DNA of 37,110 nucleotides, from NCBI GenBank assembly GCA_008632985.1, contig QPGO01000184.1, forward strand, positions 124,001 through 161,110. The letters run 5' to 3'. Both the position numbers and the translations under genes were made by a program. Below, one piece after another: positions 1 through 12,049 of the stretch (its first letter is position 1; each line of letters begins with the position of its first letter). The notes beneath the pieces are model-generated. The model was not told the origin of the DNA. It saw only the letters and a list, made by a program, of their open reading frames with translations, and did no database searches. This DNA is from Psammoneis japonica. Its lineage: Eukaryota.

Positions 1-914
1 TTGTTCAAACTCAGGCTCGCACTCTGTGTGACAAACACGAGACAATGCCATTTCGGACACCCAAATCCAAGCATGTGGCTCGAACGATTTTCAGCATGGA
101 CGAATCTTGAGGGACCCATCGCGACGGAGATTTTCATTCGCAATCAAAATGGGCCCCAGCCAGAAGCCGGAAATGTCAATGCTGTGCTGGGGATCAATGG
201 TTTGACCACACAATGAGAGCGACGAGCATCAGCGTGCAATTCAGCTTGACACAGAATTTGTTCATTTGCTTCAGTGGAAAACTGAACTGTCGCAACCCTT
301 CCTGAGCATGAAGCTAGAACTTGAAGGAAAAACCAGCTGCTGGGCCCTGTGCTCATCAAGATGATGACTTTGTTGCAGCAACTCAAGGATGACCACATCA
401 TAAAATGGAGTCTGCTTGCCAAATGCACAGCACCAAAAGGAAGTCTTTCCTGCAACAAAAACATGGGATGGCGTGCCCCTTTTTCTGTCCAACCGCAGTT
501 TAAAAAGCGGCTCGTCTCCTCATCATGGCGTGAGTCATGTTGGTCAATTACGACAACGGAAATGCTGGAAATGGATCTCATGCAGATCATGTGATTCATC
601 CATCGTGTGTTGGAACGTGCGTCAAAACGATGTGCTTGTTCTTGAGAGAAGATCCAACAACAAATGCTTGTTGTTGTTGCACTCGACATGGCGACACTTG
701 TCCCGGCATTGTGGGTCAGTGCCGTTGCAATGAAGTGTGGCTGCGATTGGTTTTTGTCGATGCTGCTGCCAAACGACATCTCTGGCAAGCAACAACATCG
801 TCGTCCCATCACGAGGAAGCTGCTTTGTTCTTTGTTCGACTCGACTGTACAGTGCCGGCAAATGCACCGGCAACACCATGCTGTCACGCACTGTCAGCCA
901 CTGTCACTCGCACT

Positions 915-1304
915 GATGCGTTCCAGCCCCAGGTGGGACTCCGTGTGACATTGGGCCCGTAGAATTCTACGTGCGAGCTCCACAGTGCAAGAATTTAATC
1001 AATGGATGTGTTTGTCTTCAACATCAAACAAACGGCCAAGTTTGTGGTGCAATCATGCCTCTTGCCACTCGACGTTTTTGCAACTTCGCCTGCCCTGCGC
1101 GATTCTTAAGACATTGTAGAATCGCGCTGCAACAAAAAATGTCAAAAGTTGTTGGATGGATCGCTCAATGAGTGTGCCGTAAAATGACACAAAATGTCAA
1201 AAAAATCACGTAGAAATCTGTGTGCGCGACATACGACGAGACTCAAAAAACTGTCGATGTCACAGTTCAGCAGTGCGAGGTCCCACCTGGACCTGGAGCG
1301 CATC
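915..1304. mobile_element. Non-autonomous TIR element (MITE), copy 1, 390 bp
   Basis: Terminal inverted repeats GATGCGTTCCAGCCCCAGGTGGGAC ... GTCCCACCTGGACCTGGAGCGCATC; 4-bp TSD CACT at 911-914 and 1305-1308; colinear homolog at 13319-13707. Confidence 0.85.
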
Positions 1305-3079
1305 CACTGTGACACTTCAGATGACACGCTTCCTGTTGTAAACCATGACACTGACTTTGTTTTGTCGTGTGATTGTTTTGTGCCTCCACAGATGATTGGA
1401 GTCAAGTCCCTTGACACCGGCGGCGGACTGCAAGCCGGCGAAATCAGAGAGCGCACATTCCACTGTGCAATGTCACCATTTTCGCCTTGAAAACGACCTC
1501 AAACTTGTTCGTTGAGAGTCCTTCACTCATGTGAGCGTAAAAGCTTTGGTCTGTAAGATCAGAAAAGTCCCCTTTTTTTAGACAGTCTAATCTCGTGAGA
1601 TGCCGGGAGAGCCTGTCGTCAGACAACAGACAACGCAACATGACGTCGACTGCACAGGCCCACGAATCCTTTGCCATGTGTGGAAGAATCACGCACATGA
1701 TTTGCATTGAACTTTTGGAAACATCCATCTCTGGGTGTTTTGCTTCCGGAAAAGAGCTGTCAGAACGCAAGCAACAGGCGCGACGAATGCTCGCCACTCA
1801 CCGGGAACGACTGCCCTGTCTCTTGGAATTGGCAATGCACCTCTGACCCAATGGCATCATGAAGGATGCAGCCATGAGAAGCAGGGCACTTGCAGCACCA
1901 TCAATGCCGCTCTGATGACAGCCGCACCTCATCGATTTGATCGCCATCGTGGGCACTGCAGGTGTGGGTTGCCGGGCAGGGACGGACAAGGCCGGAGAGG
2001 TTGTGATGCACAGTGCGGCATGTGTGAAGAAAGAGTCCTAAATGAAAAGCCCATCCTGCGTGAACAGACATCGTTTTACAATTGCCTCTGCTAAACAGAA
2101 AATCCGTGGGAGACGAAAAGACATGACAGGAAATGTTGAACTTTTCTGACCCACACAAACATGCCCATCGAAGCGTCAAAAAGCAACCGCGAGTTGATCG
2201 CAACACCAACATGTTTGCCGGCACAGCAGTGACCATGATGTTGGAGGTCGGTTCGGGCAATGCATTTATCCAGCCCAACATCAGCACACCGCATGGTGAA
2301 ACGGTGCCAAGACTTTCTTTTTGCCGGGATTCCTCGTGCATTCTACGTGTCTTTGTGCTGACGACTGTCCGAGCGCCTTTCGAAAGGCATCGATTCAAGC
2401 TGTCACAATTTCTTTGAAGGTACAAGCACCAAAGACATTGCACCTCCATCATCACCATGATGTCCTCTGTCCTCTTTATGAACGCCGTTGTCAATGTCAG
2501 CCACTGTGACTTGATTGCAGCTGTGATTCAACGCAAGAGCGTGAGCGATTGGCTTCGTTTTGCTCTTTGGGCCGGCTGTTGCACCTTGCCACAAGATCTC
2601 GATGTTGTTTCTATCACGATCTTCTCGACGTTTGTCTGTGGATTGTGCCAGGGGTTGTTGGGGCTCACGGAGGACTTTTTGCACATCAAGCAGCAGTGGT
2701 TTCCGAACGTCACCATCAAATCGATTTGGTCCTCCATCATCGGGGGTCTCCCTTCTGGAGCCAACTCCATTTCGTTGCCATCAAGTCCAAATCAATCTCA
2801 TTGAAGTGCATGGGACTCGTTGTTGGCATGTCCAAGGAATGTGTCAAGCGTGTCGACTTTGCGAGCGCAGCAGCCGTCTTGAAGCGCTTCGATTTGACTG
2901 CTGCGGTTGTCGTGTTTCACATCGGCATGGCTTTCAAGAATTTTGACATCAGCAGCCTCATGGGATTTCTCTTGCATCTCATGTTGGCAGTGGTGCTGGC
3001 CCATCTCATTCGCGTGCACGTTGCGGGATCATGCTTGCCATCAACCGAGGACGATCTGTCTGGCCATCGCGATGACCGT

Positions 3080-3275
3080 GTCAAGAAGCCTTGGAAGGAG
3101 CCAACGTCCAAATTCAAGAAGGGACAGTGTGCGTGTTGTCGCCATTCAAACAAGACGTGGAGGGCAAAGGTTTTAAGGGTCCATTTTGATGATGACCTTG
3201 ACCCGTTCTACGACGTGAAATTGGGCAACGGACGCGAGAAGCAGACGACCGAGGACCACCTTTCAGACGAGCTCG
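3080..3275 (+). pseudogene. Decayed fragment of a small Tudor/SH3-like domain (VHFDDDLxPFYxVKLxNGREKQT) seen in diatom proteins
   Basis: Motif recognised in ORF 2549-3385; upstream ACCRHS probably derives from AYYRHS; no intact gene context. Confidence 0.4.
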
Positions 3276-5349
3276 GCTCAGGAGGTCACTTTGAGGTTTT
3301 TATTGACATCTTTGATGACGATCCGGGTCGCGACTTGCAAGGTGTTCAATGGGGGCAAGGGGGTGTCGTCAGTGCAATCTTGTGACGATTGTTCCAACAA
3401 GATGTTCGACTGGGGAGGATTGCTGAGTGTTTTCATGCGGATGCGGCTGTGACTTGTTTTTCTGGCTCGCTTTTTCAACAAAGCAGGCCTTTGCTGTTGA
3501 CATGAGAGGTGCGACCATGGAAGTTCTTTGTGAAGGAATGGTCGATTGATCACGCTGGGTCTCAAATTCAAGCTTGCATTGGATGCATGTGTTCATCAAG
3601 CTGATTCCGAAGCATGTCTTTGTCATCGAACAACATGTGAACGAAAATGAGAGATCCATGTGGCACTCAAACTCATGCTCGTTTTATGGACATGCAAAAC
3701 GAGTTGTTTCTGAAGCGAAAATCTGAAAGAGGCGCCTTCTTGTTGAAAGCAGAGGCAAGTGGGAAAGGAAAATTGAAGCCGAGGAAACTGTTCAAGATGG
3801 AAAGGCATGGAGATGCTTTGCCATTCTAGTTCAGTCAGGCAATCTGATGTTGCTTTCATTCGATCAAGATGAGCAGAGTCTTGTACAATGCAAACATTGA
3901 ACAAACACAAAAATTTAACCAACACTTCTCCGTGTCGTTGCAAACTAGTTTCAATCGCACTTTTCGTCGTTCGTGGCACAGCTTGCACTCGCAATCAATC
4001 GATCAAAGGCAAAAGGACATCGCTGCCGGCGGACCAGTGTGGCACCCGTTTTAGACTGCAACAGTTGCGGACTTGCCTGTTGTTCAATGCAGATTGACAG
4101 CAGCCACAATCTGCTGCCAGTTGTCAAGAACAAAGACCAACCAACCATTCAGCGGCTCTTGTTGCAGTCAGGCTAAGTAGATCCATTCCACCCAGATGTC
4201 CTCTCAGATCAAAACCACAAGAAAGCAAATGCCTCAACACTCGAAACATTTCGTGTGGAAGCTGGAAAGAATGCAGCTTGATTGCGAAACTCGAGGCATC
4301 AAGAAGGACATTTTCAATGCACTTTGCACGAATCGCCTTGGAGGCGAGAATTGCAGCAGTTTCTGGTTGATCCAGCACCCAGCGAGCAAGGTCGTGGGTC
4401 TTTTCTATCACCACTTTGGTGTGCTTTATGTCTTCTCTTTTGCTGCGGCAGGACAACAGGGCGAAGATCCTTGAAAAGATGTCGCCAAGTGTGCCTCCTC
4501 CGCCTTCTGTTTTGATGCTTCCTGCGATGAGTGTGCACGGCAAATGGACTTGCTTTCATTCTGTGTCGAACATGTCCGCCATGAGGAGACGTCTCTTTCC
4601 AAAGTGCATTGGAGGGCCTCGCCCACTGATGCAGAAACACACGAATGCCACGAGTGCAAAGGGCTCACCTGCCTCAACAATGGCCGTGTTGGCTTTCCAA
4701 TCGAAAAAAGAAATCATCTCCTTCCTCTACGTTGTCGTCATGCTTCATGGCAAGTGAAAAGGCCAAGTGAATCAGATTCGAGTCTTGTCGCTGAGCCACC
4801 GTGTTGAACCGCAGTTTGCCATGCCGATGATCCGTCAACCAATGAAAGTTAGAGATGTCGAAAGATGTCAGAACTTTCTCTCGCGTTCCCATGCCAAGAG
4901 GCGCTTCGGGTCCCGCCAACTTGAGCGCTTCCTCCTTCGACTGTCAACTTCTCCTTCAATCTCCTCCACACCTTTCCCAGACGCAATGAGTCGCCCGATT
5001 TCCCCCTTGACATGATCCATTGTGACTTTTGCACTTCCCTGACACGATCAAGGCGAGCTAGAAGTGGAGCGAAAACGTCCACTTTCCCTGGCTCCTCGGC
5101 AATGGGTCGAAGAGCAAGCCCAGTTGGCCAAAGGGAGGAGACCCAATCTGCTTCTGTTGCAAACAAATCAAACCTGCTTCGACCACACTCGCTACAGAAT
5201 GCTTCCATGGTTGAAAACCTAGTGACAACATCGACCTGACCATGCTCAATGATGGCAAACATCTTGTCGCGGATCCAACCGATCAGTGCGGTTTCCATGA
5301 TTTCACTGGCATTGCGAAAATGCCACTTGCCAAAGCAGTTTGCAGGATC

Positions 5350-5940
5350 CACCGAAAACAACAATGGCGGAGCCTTCCAATGCATCAGAAGCCACATGGC
5401 AGCATCAACACATCCCGAGACGATGGATGTGTCAAGCAGGTTAAAAAAAAAACACGCTTCTTTCCGGAAATGGTTTCAAAGGCCTCCACATCAATTTCCT
5501 CCGCACTGCATCCGAGTGTTCACCCAAGATCCAGAGACAAACGTGTGTTGCGTTGCCAGAAGAACTGTCTTTGATGAAACCCAACAACTTGGGCAAGATG
5601 GATCCTCGCAGTGCGGTGCACTGTTTGACAATGGCTCTGACAAAAAGAGCAACCTGCATGGAACCATCCGCGGCCAAAAAGTCCATGAGAGCAAAAACAA
5701 CCGACTCGGCAAAATTGGGAAATCGCACAGTGCATCTGTGAACGGCCCAAATCAGAATGTTCCAGTGGGCCATGCCCTTGGCTTCCGCCATGGTAGAGTC
5801 CTGCTCTTGAGCAGTCTCGGCAACCTCGCGATTGAGCGTCGACACCAAAATCAGCAACGTCCATGGCAACATCGAGGACCTTCTCCCAAAAATCAGCGCA
5901 GGGGAACTGAGCGCGCAAAGAATGCCCATTGGCAGCTGCA
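5350..5940 (-). pseudogene. COPB1: Coatomer subunit beta (beta-COP) internal fragment, frameshifted
   Basis: Translations ILCALSSP / EKVLDVAMDV / LIWAVHRCTVRFPNFAESVVFALMDFL / VALFVRAIVKQC / VCLWILGEHS match the beta-COP adaptin-N region (HxCAVxFPxVAxSVVxxLMDFL; WILGEY), split over two frames. Confidence 0.8.
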
Positions 5941-6363
5941 AGATCTTGCAATGACGAGTCTTGAGGTCTTCCGACCGTTCAAGAACAATGAGCTTGACAA
6001 GTTTGCATGGGTGGAATGGCGGTGGGTGCCGAAAAAAGCGACACTGGAGTGCAAGCTGCCTCGCACCGGCAGGACACGGCAGTGGACGTCATTCACTCGG
6101 AAGTGTTGAGTGTTGTTGTTGCAGACGTGGCACTTTATTGCTTTGCTTGCACAGCCAATAACCTTGAAGAAGAACGCTTGTTGCTTGCGACGTGCGGGTG
6201 TTCCTTGGAACAGATGCAGCGTCATGTTTGGCGCCATGGTTTGTTGGGAATGAGATGTTATTGTGGTGGCGGCACCACTACAGTGTACTTCATCTAGCTT
6301 GTGGCCCGTCACGGACGGTGTATGTAGTGGCGGCAAACCCCAAAAGGCAAAGCGAAGTCACGG

Positions 6364-6436
6364 TCGGGCTGTCATCATGGCGAGAAGAAAATCAATCGCT
6401 GCATTCGGGCTGTCATCATGGCGAGAAGAAAATCAA
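6364..6436 (+). repeat. Two copies of a 32-bp direct repeat (41-bp period)
   Basis: TCGGGCTGTCATCATGGCGAGAAGAAAATCAA at 6364-6395 and 6405-6436. Confidence 0.9.
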
Positions 6437-6649
6437 CTTTGTTGAAATGTACCAATACAGATTCTGATATCTATATTGAAATTCCAAAATCACGTAGAAT
6501 CACGTAGAATTGTACTAAACAAAACTACTGCCGACGGACGAAGGCAGGACACCAATGCTCTCGCCCACTTACTCGCTCGTGCTCTACTACATAAGCTCGC
6601 TATCAGTTCGTTCCAGGGTGATTCTCACAGCGTATGAGCAGAAAGCGGA

Positions 6650-7666
6650 ATGCGTGTCTTGATTCACGACCATGAGCAACGCACAGCGGCAGAGCCAGCC
6701 TCCTCACCTTCGTCCTCCTCCGGTGATGATTCTTCCGTGTCATCAACCTCATCAGAGGAATCATCCTCGGCAGTCGCTAAAATTCGCAACTTGGAAGACC
6801 TTCCGTCAGACGACAGCGTTTCTCTCGACAGTAGTAGCAGCAGCGATGATGATGAAGCGAGCGAGAGTAGCAGAGGCAGTAGCAGTCAACAAGACGAAGA
6901 ATACGACAATGAAGACGACGTTGAACAACACATGACTCTGCAGGAACGACTAGAGAAACGGCGCACAGAAGGTAGTATGAAGTTAACAAAGGCTTTACAC
7001 GACAAACGTCGACGAAAAAAGGAGGCGATCGAAAAAGGACGAGAACAATTGCACAAGTCGGACAAGAACCTTGCAGAAAAGGAGACAAAAACGAAGAAGA
7101 GGTCCAAGCATGCTCCAACAGTGGCAAGCTCATTACGACGTGATTTTTATCAGCGTGGTGCGCCTCTATTGAACTCATCAGGCAATGGAGTGGAGATTGG
7201 AAGCGGAAGATACAAGGCTCGCGATCCGAGATTTAGTTCTGACGGCAACACAAAATCCACCAATCATAACTATGAATTTATGAAAGAAAAACATCTGGAA
7301 GAAATAAAGAGAGTTAAACAACGAATTGCGCTTCGAAAATTGACCGGAAGGCGGGGACAGCGACGACGTCAAGCACATCGAGCTGAATTGCAGCAAACGA
7401 CGTTGGAGCAAGACGAAGCGATTTTGCAACGATTGATTCAACAGAGAGCGACGCTACAACAGACAGAGTTGCAGCAGCAAGTTCAGAAAGTTGTTCAAGA
7501 AAATTACCACCAGCAGGGTTACTATCCGAAGCGCAACAAAGTGAAACAAATAACGACAGAGCTCAAGTATGAGCAGCTCAAGCGCAAAGGCGGGCAGAAT
7601 GCAATCAACAAGGCCTTGACAAAACGAAGGAAGAAAAACAAAAGCAAAGATGCAAAACTGTTTTGA
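6650..7666 (+). CDS. RRP36: rRNA biogenesis protein RRP36 (DUF947)
   Basis: Intact 338-aa ORF with an acidic/Ser-rich N-terminus, KKRSKHAP, ARDPRFS, NYEFM..EEI, GYYPKR and a KYEQLK...KRRKKNKSKD C-terminus typical of RRP36; normal TA and Tyr content (8 Tyr). Confidence 0.88.
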   Translation: MRVLIHDHEQRTAAEPASSPSSSSGDDSSVSSTSSEESSSAVAKIRNLEDLPSDDSVSLDSSSSSDDDEASESSRGSSSQQDEEYDNEDDVEQHMTLQERLEKRRTEGSMKLTKALHDKRRRKKEAIEKGREQLHKSDKNLAEKETKTKKRSKHAPTVASSLRRDFYQRGAPLLNSSGNGVEIGSGRYKARDPRFSSDGNTKSTNHNYEFMKEKHLEEIKRVKQRIALRKLTGRRGQRRRQAHRAELQQTTLEQDEAILQRLIQQRATLQQTELQQQVQKVVQENYHQQGYYPKRNKVKQITTELKYEQLKRKGGQNAINKALTKRRKKNKSKDAKLF

Positions 7667-8704
7667 TCGTTGTCGTGAACTAGACTTTCTATTGATCAAT
7701 GCAATGAATCTGTTTTTTCCCTCGAGTTTGTCATTCAAGGGTCGTGCAGTACTGCATCTCCTTCCTCTGATTCTTGGTGAAAAGTACAATTATACCTCTA
7801 GACCAATACAAAAAGATACTAGTTACAACACTCCTTGCTCGCCCTAAATCAAGCTAGATATTGGACTATTGACCGAACAGCTGATTTCCTCGCAATGATA
7901 TTTCCCTTAGGAAGCACCAACACGTTGAATAGCAGAAAGAGTAGTTAGTACTTTCGTCGGTTAACTCGTCATTCCACGATTTAAACACGATGATGCCATA
8001 TTTGATGTAGCGGCGTCAATTCGGATACACCACGCACGAGATCTGGTCAATGCTGTATTTATGGACTATGGACTAGGTACTGAGATTCGCTCTCGGCGTT
8101 GATTCTGATTTGGTTTTGCTTTGATATGATCTCTTGCTCAATGTTTTATTAATAGAGCCTATTCCTGTACAGTTTGGTAGAAGTGTGACGCAGGGAATCT
8201 GCCATGAAATGTCGGTCGTTTCACTGTATGATAGTCTACCGGTAGAAGTATGATGGGCCACGAAGCGAGAAAAATAGAAGCGGGCAGCGGGTATGGCGTG
8301 GGGCAGCTACAGTACTTGTACTAGCCGAAGAGGGGCTATATTAAGAAATGTCAGTAGATTAGAGCGAATAAACACGTGGAATGTGGTCTCTTACCTTATT
8401 GCGTGGCTGAAGAAAACACGAGCTAAATCGCTGTCACTTCCAAATCTCCCTCCGACCTCCACAACATCGGCTGAAAACAAACCCCCAAAACCCGCAGTTG
8501 TTCTGCAGTCCCGGTTAATTTCAGGAGAATCACACATCACATCCAGCCCAATGTTGAGTGTTGTAAAAGGTGACAACACCATCTTTGCCTCTCTCTGGCG
8601 ACACGATCGATGCGGGGGAGTTGTGTTTTTGGTGCGTTTCACACAGAAATCTGCGTGTCTGGTGCTTGATGTTGGTGCTTCCTCTCGATGGATGCCTCAA
8701 TTTT

Positions 8705-8751
8705 TGATGGAGATCCCTGCATCTAAGTGGGAATGACGTGATCCACCAAGA
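8705..8751 (-). repeat. Copia 3' LTR (47 bp)
   Basis: TGATGGAGATCCCTGCATCTAAGTGGGAATGACGTGATCCACCAAGA; directly follows the G-rich PPT-like tract AGTGTGGGGGGG (minus strand, 8763-8752). Confidence 0.8.
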
Positions 8752-8759
8752 CCCCCCCA

Positions 8760-10866
8760 CACTGGGAGAGTGCAGTGGTGTGTCGTCGCTGCCATTTGGC
8801 ACATGCTTGGTGAGCATGTCGCTGCAATTGGCTGATGCATCAATGCGATCCAGTCAAACTGAGTCGCGTTCGACCCAGTCTTGAAGAGCAAAGTGGCGAA
8901 TGTCAATGTGGCGGGTGCAGCGGGTGGGTTGGCTTGCAGCGGCCATCTTGCGGGGTGCGTCATTGTCTTCGCACACTGACGCAGCTTGCATCTGGGGGAC
9001 CGACAGTTCATCCATGACAGACTGGAGACAAAGTGCCATTTTGCCTGCATCCGATGCAGCAACAAACTCTGCTTCCGATGAAGAGGTTGATGCAGTCGGT
9101 TGCACTCTGGTCTTCCATGCGATTGCGGCTCCCGCAAGGAGAAGCGCAATGCCGGCAATCGAGCGGTGGTGTCGGATGTCAGCAGCCCAATCAGAGTCCT
9201 TGTAGCCTGTGAGTTCAGCAGGAGATGATGCCTGAGGGGGCAGCGGTGCGCGGTCATGGGGCACAGTCATCGGAGGTGGAGGAGGAACATGGGGGAGCGT
9301 CGTGTTGGGTTGTTGATGCCAGTGCACAAGGCCAAAGTCAGGGTGATGCTTGAGGTGCCGGAGAGAGTTCTTCATGCCTTCACAGTGCAGTTGTCCAGGA
9401 TTAGAGCCAAATTGGCTCAGCTTGGTGATCGAGCAGCTGAGATCCACGCGGGTGGCAACCATGGCCCACATCAATTCACCAACGGCCTTCCGACAAGAGA
9501 AACCCTGTTGTTGTTGAAGGGTTTTGGATGCCTTGGAGTCGGCCGGAGTGGGAGCCTCATCAAGGGATTTGGAGCAGGAGGCATCGCCGGGCAATGGGAT
9601 GGCGGGAGGCAGGCCGAGGTTGTCGTCAGTCAGGAAAGCATGGTTGGCCAAGATCCTCTTGATGCATGAGGCACTGTGCAACCGGATGTGGTCTTTGGTC
9701 TGTTCAACATCGTAACCCAGAAACAGGGCGAGCAAGCCCTGATGTTTGATCTCACCACCGGTGAGATGTTCACCCACAATGTCGCACATGTGTTGGCATG
9801 TTGCATCCGAGTCCGTTGCAATGGCAAAATCATCAACTTGCTGCAGAAATGGCGCCTCTTTGCCGTTCACTGCACCACTGCAGATGCATGGTTCGTGGGT
9901 GGTTGGGGTGAGATGCAGGTGTTCACGGACAATCTCATCCACACACATGCTCCACAAATGGGGAGATTCAGGGTGACCTTGGAGAGCGTGGAGCACAGGC
10001 AGTGCACAGCCCTCGGGGATGGGAGGGCAACCCAGGTGTTTGGTCCACCAGTTTTGAAAAACTTCACCCACTCTCATGTGGAAACGTTGCTTGGGAGGAG
10101 GAGCCTCAGTGAAGGCATCACTTGCATCTGTGCCACACACCCGTTTGTTCTCGAGTGCTGCCAAAGCAAAGAACAGGCGAGTGCCAGGTTGTTCAACAGA
10201 CGCGGCATGTGTCTGTGCCATTGTTTGGACAAATCCAGCTCCAGGGCTGCCATCACATGCTCCGCGGGCCTTCTTGGTTCGGGCCAGATCGTTCTTAACC
10301 AAGTGGGACCATGTCCATGGGAACACCGTGGCTCCCGGAGGGGCAGGAATGGGGTCCCCAAACATGCCTTGGCTGTTGTGCATGTCAAGCTGTTTGAATT
10401 CACCTGATTCCCAGTCCGGCCAATCTTCCTGTGTCTGGAGTTTCCGGCGTGTGAGCTTGTACAATGAAGGCAGAGCAGGGTCATGTGTGGATTCTAGCTG
10501 ATGGCGGACATGGTTGATCTGGTCCAAAAACAGTTGTGGTGATCCCGTGGTGTCCAATGTCGGTGACCGGCAGTCGTGGGCAAATCGGACAACAACGTCC
10601 TGAGCACCCGGATTGATGTCTTCCAGTGCTTGGTCGAGGTCAGCAAAGTCATGGACAGGCCAAGTGTTGACTGTGATGAGGCACGAGCATCTGAGTTTGG
10701 ATTGCCATCGTGGTGTTCTTGCCGCCTGTGATCCAGGGTGACAGTGGCGGAGTTGCAGTCCATGGCGGCGGGGGCCACAGTCAAACTCAAAACCCAATCT
10801 TGGTTTTCGAGACCCGCGGCTGGGCAACGGCACATCAAAAGAGTCGTCGCGCAGATCAAAGGACAT
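8760..10866 (-). pseudogene. Copia pol: reverse transcriptase and RNase H
   Basis: KKARGACDGS, ALQGHPES, QVDD, DSDWA, SSSEAEFVAASDAGK, HIDIRHFALQDW, then DMLTK after a stop codon; only 3 Tyr in the 670-aa ORF. Confidence 0.93.
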
Positions 10867-11021
10867 TGCAACAGCAGCGACAGGGCAGAGTCATGGCACA
10901 AACCACAAGCCGTTTGCGCGAACCATGGGAAAAGACCGGACAAGTGAACGGTCTTGATCAGTCACCGTGAGCATGCCATGTCCAGAATCCTGAAAATGTG
11001 AAGCATGGTGTTGGCTGCACT

Positions 11022-12039
11022 GCTCTTTTGCAACACACAGCTGCTGACAAGAGTCAACGCATCACGGCAATGTGTTGCAGCCTTTAAATGTCACAAAGGG
11101 CGTGACAAAAACAACCTTTTGTCTGCATGCACACTGCGTTGTGAATTCACAGCGGAATGGTTCATCGCAACCATCAGGCAGGAGGCCAGGGGTTCGAAAC
11201 CCTGAGTGGGAGTTGTCTGCAGCAACGTTGATCACTGTCGAATGCGCAAAACTCTGTGCAGTTCTGTGTGTTCCTTCGCACGTACCCACACTGTTCCACC
11301 AAAACTGTGCAGTGTCAGCACATGTTGGTAAAGAGCCGCATGGACGCGTGACACATGGGGAGGAGTGCAACACACAGCTGCTGATGAGAGCCAATGTGTC
11401 ACGGCGACGTGTTGCAGCCTTTGAATGTCACAAAGGGTGTGACAAAATGACCTTTTGTCTGCATGCATGCTGCGTGTTGACAAGTTGTTCGAGTCAATCA
11501 GCGCAACATGTTTGGCCAAAAATTCTCAGCAGACAGTTGAGACAAACAGAGATGCAGCAGTTGTTGCAAATTTGATGAGACCCTTTTTGATGAAAAGGGT
11601 CTGCGGGTTGACAGATTTGGCCTCGTGGTGGAGGAAAGGCTCCTGCACCCAATGGGGGTTCTTTGTGGCACTCTGAAAAGTGACAATGAGGAGATTTCTG
11701 AGGATGACTTGCTGGGAGACAAGAAAGAAATGTTGTTTGTGCATCAGGCAGGAGGCCAGGGGTTCGAAACCCTGAGTGGGAGTTGTCTGCAGCAACGTTG
11801 ATCACTGTCGAATGCGCAAAACTCTGTGCAGTTCTGTGTGTTCCTTCGTACGTACCCACACTGTTCCACCAAAACTGTGCAGTGTCAGCACATGTTGGTA
11901 AAGAGCCGCATGGACGCGTGACACATGGGGAGGAGTGCAACACACAGCTGCTGATGAGAGCCAATGTGTCACGGCGACGTGTTGCAGCCTTTAAATGTCA
12001 CAAAGGGCGTGACAAAAATGGCCTTTTGTCTGCATGCAT
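11022..12039. repeat. About 1-kb insertion in Copia pol with an internal ~302-bp duplication and a tRNA-like head
   Basis: 11172-11473 is nearly identical to 11742-12044; a third partial unit lies at about 11029-11137; GCTGCACT flanks both sides (11014-11021, 12040-12047). Confidence 0.75.
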
Positions 12040-12049
12040 GCTGCACTTT

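Noticed and set aside
8391..8642. PIF/Harbinger transposase N-terminal fragment
   Set aside because: The resemblance is too weak and no catalytic motifs are visible.
8349..8751. A 403-bp Copia 3' LTR starting at TGTCAGTAGAT (8349)
   Set aside because: 8349-8704 has no counterpart at the 5' end, whereas the 47-bp repeat is supported by TSD, PBS and PPT.
11143..11212. Functional tRNA gene
   Set aside because: The acceptor stem does not pair and the anticodon arm is truncated; kept only as a tRNA-like head.
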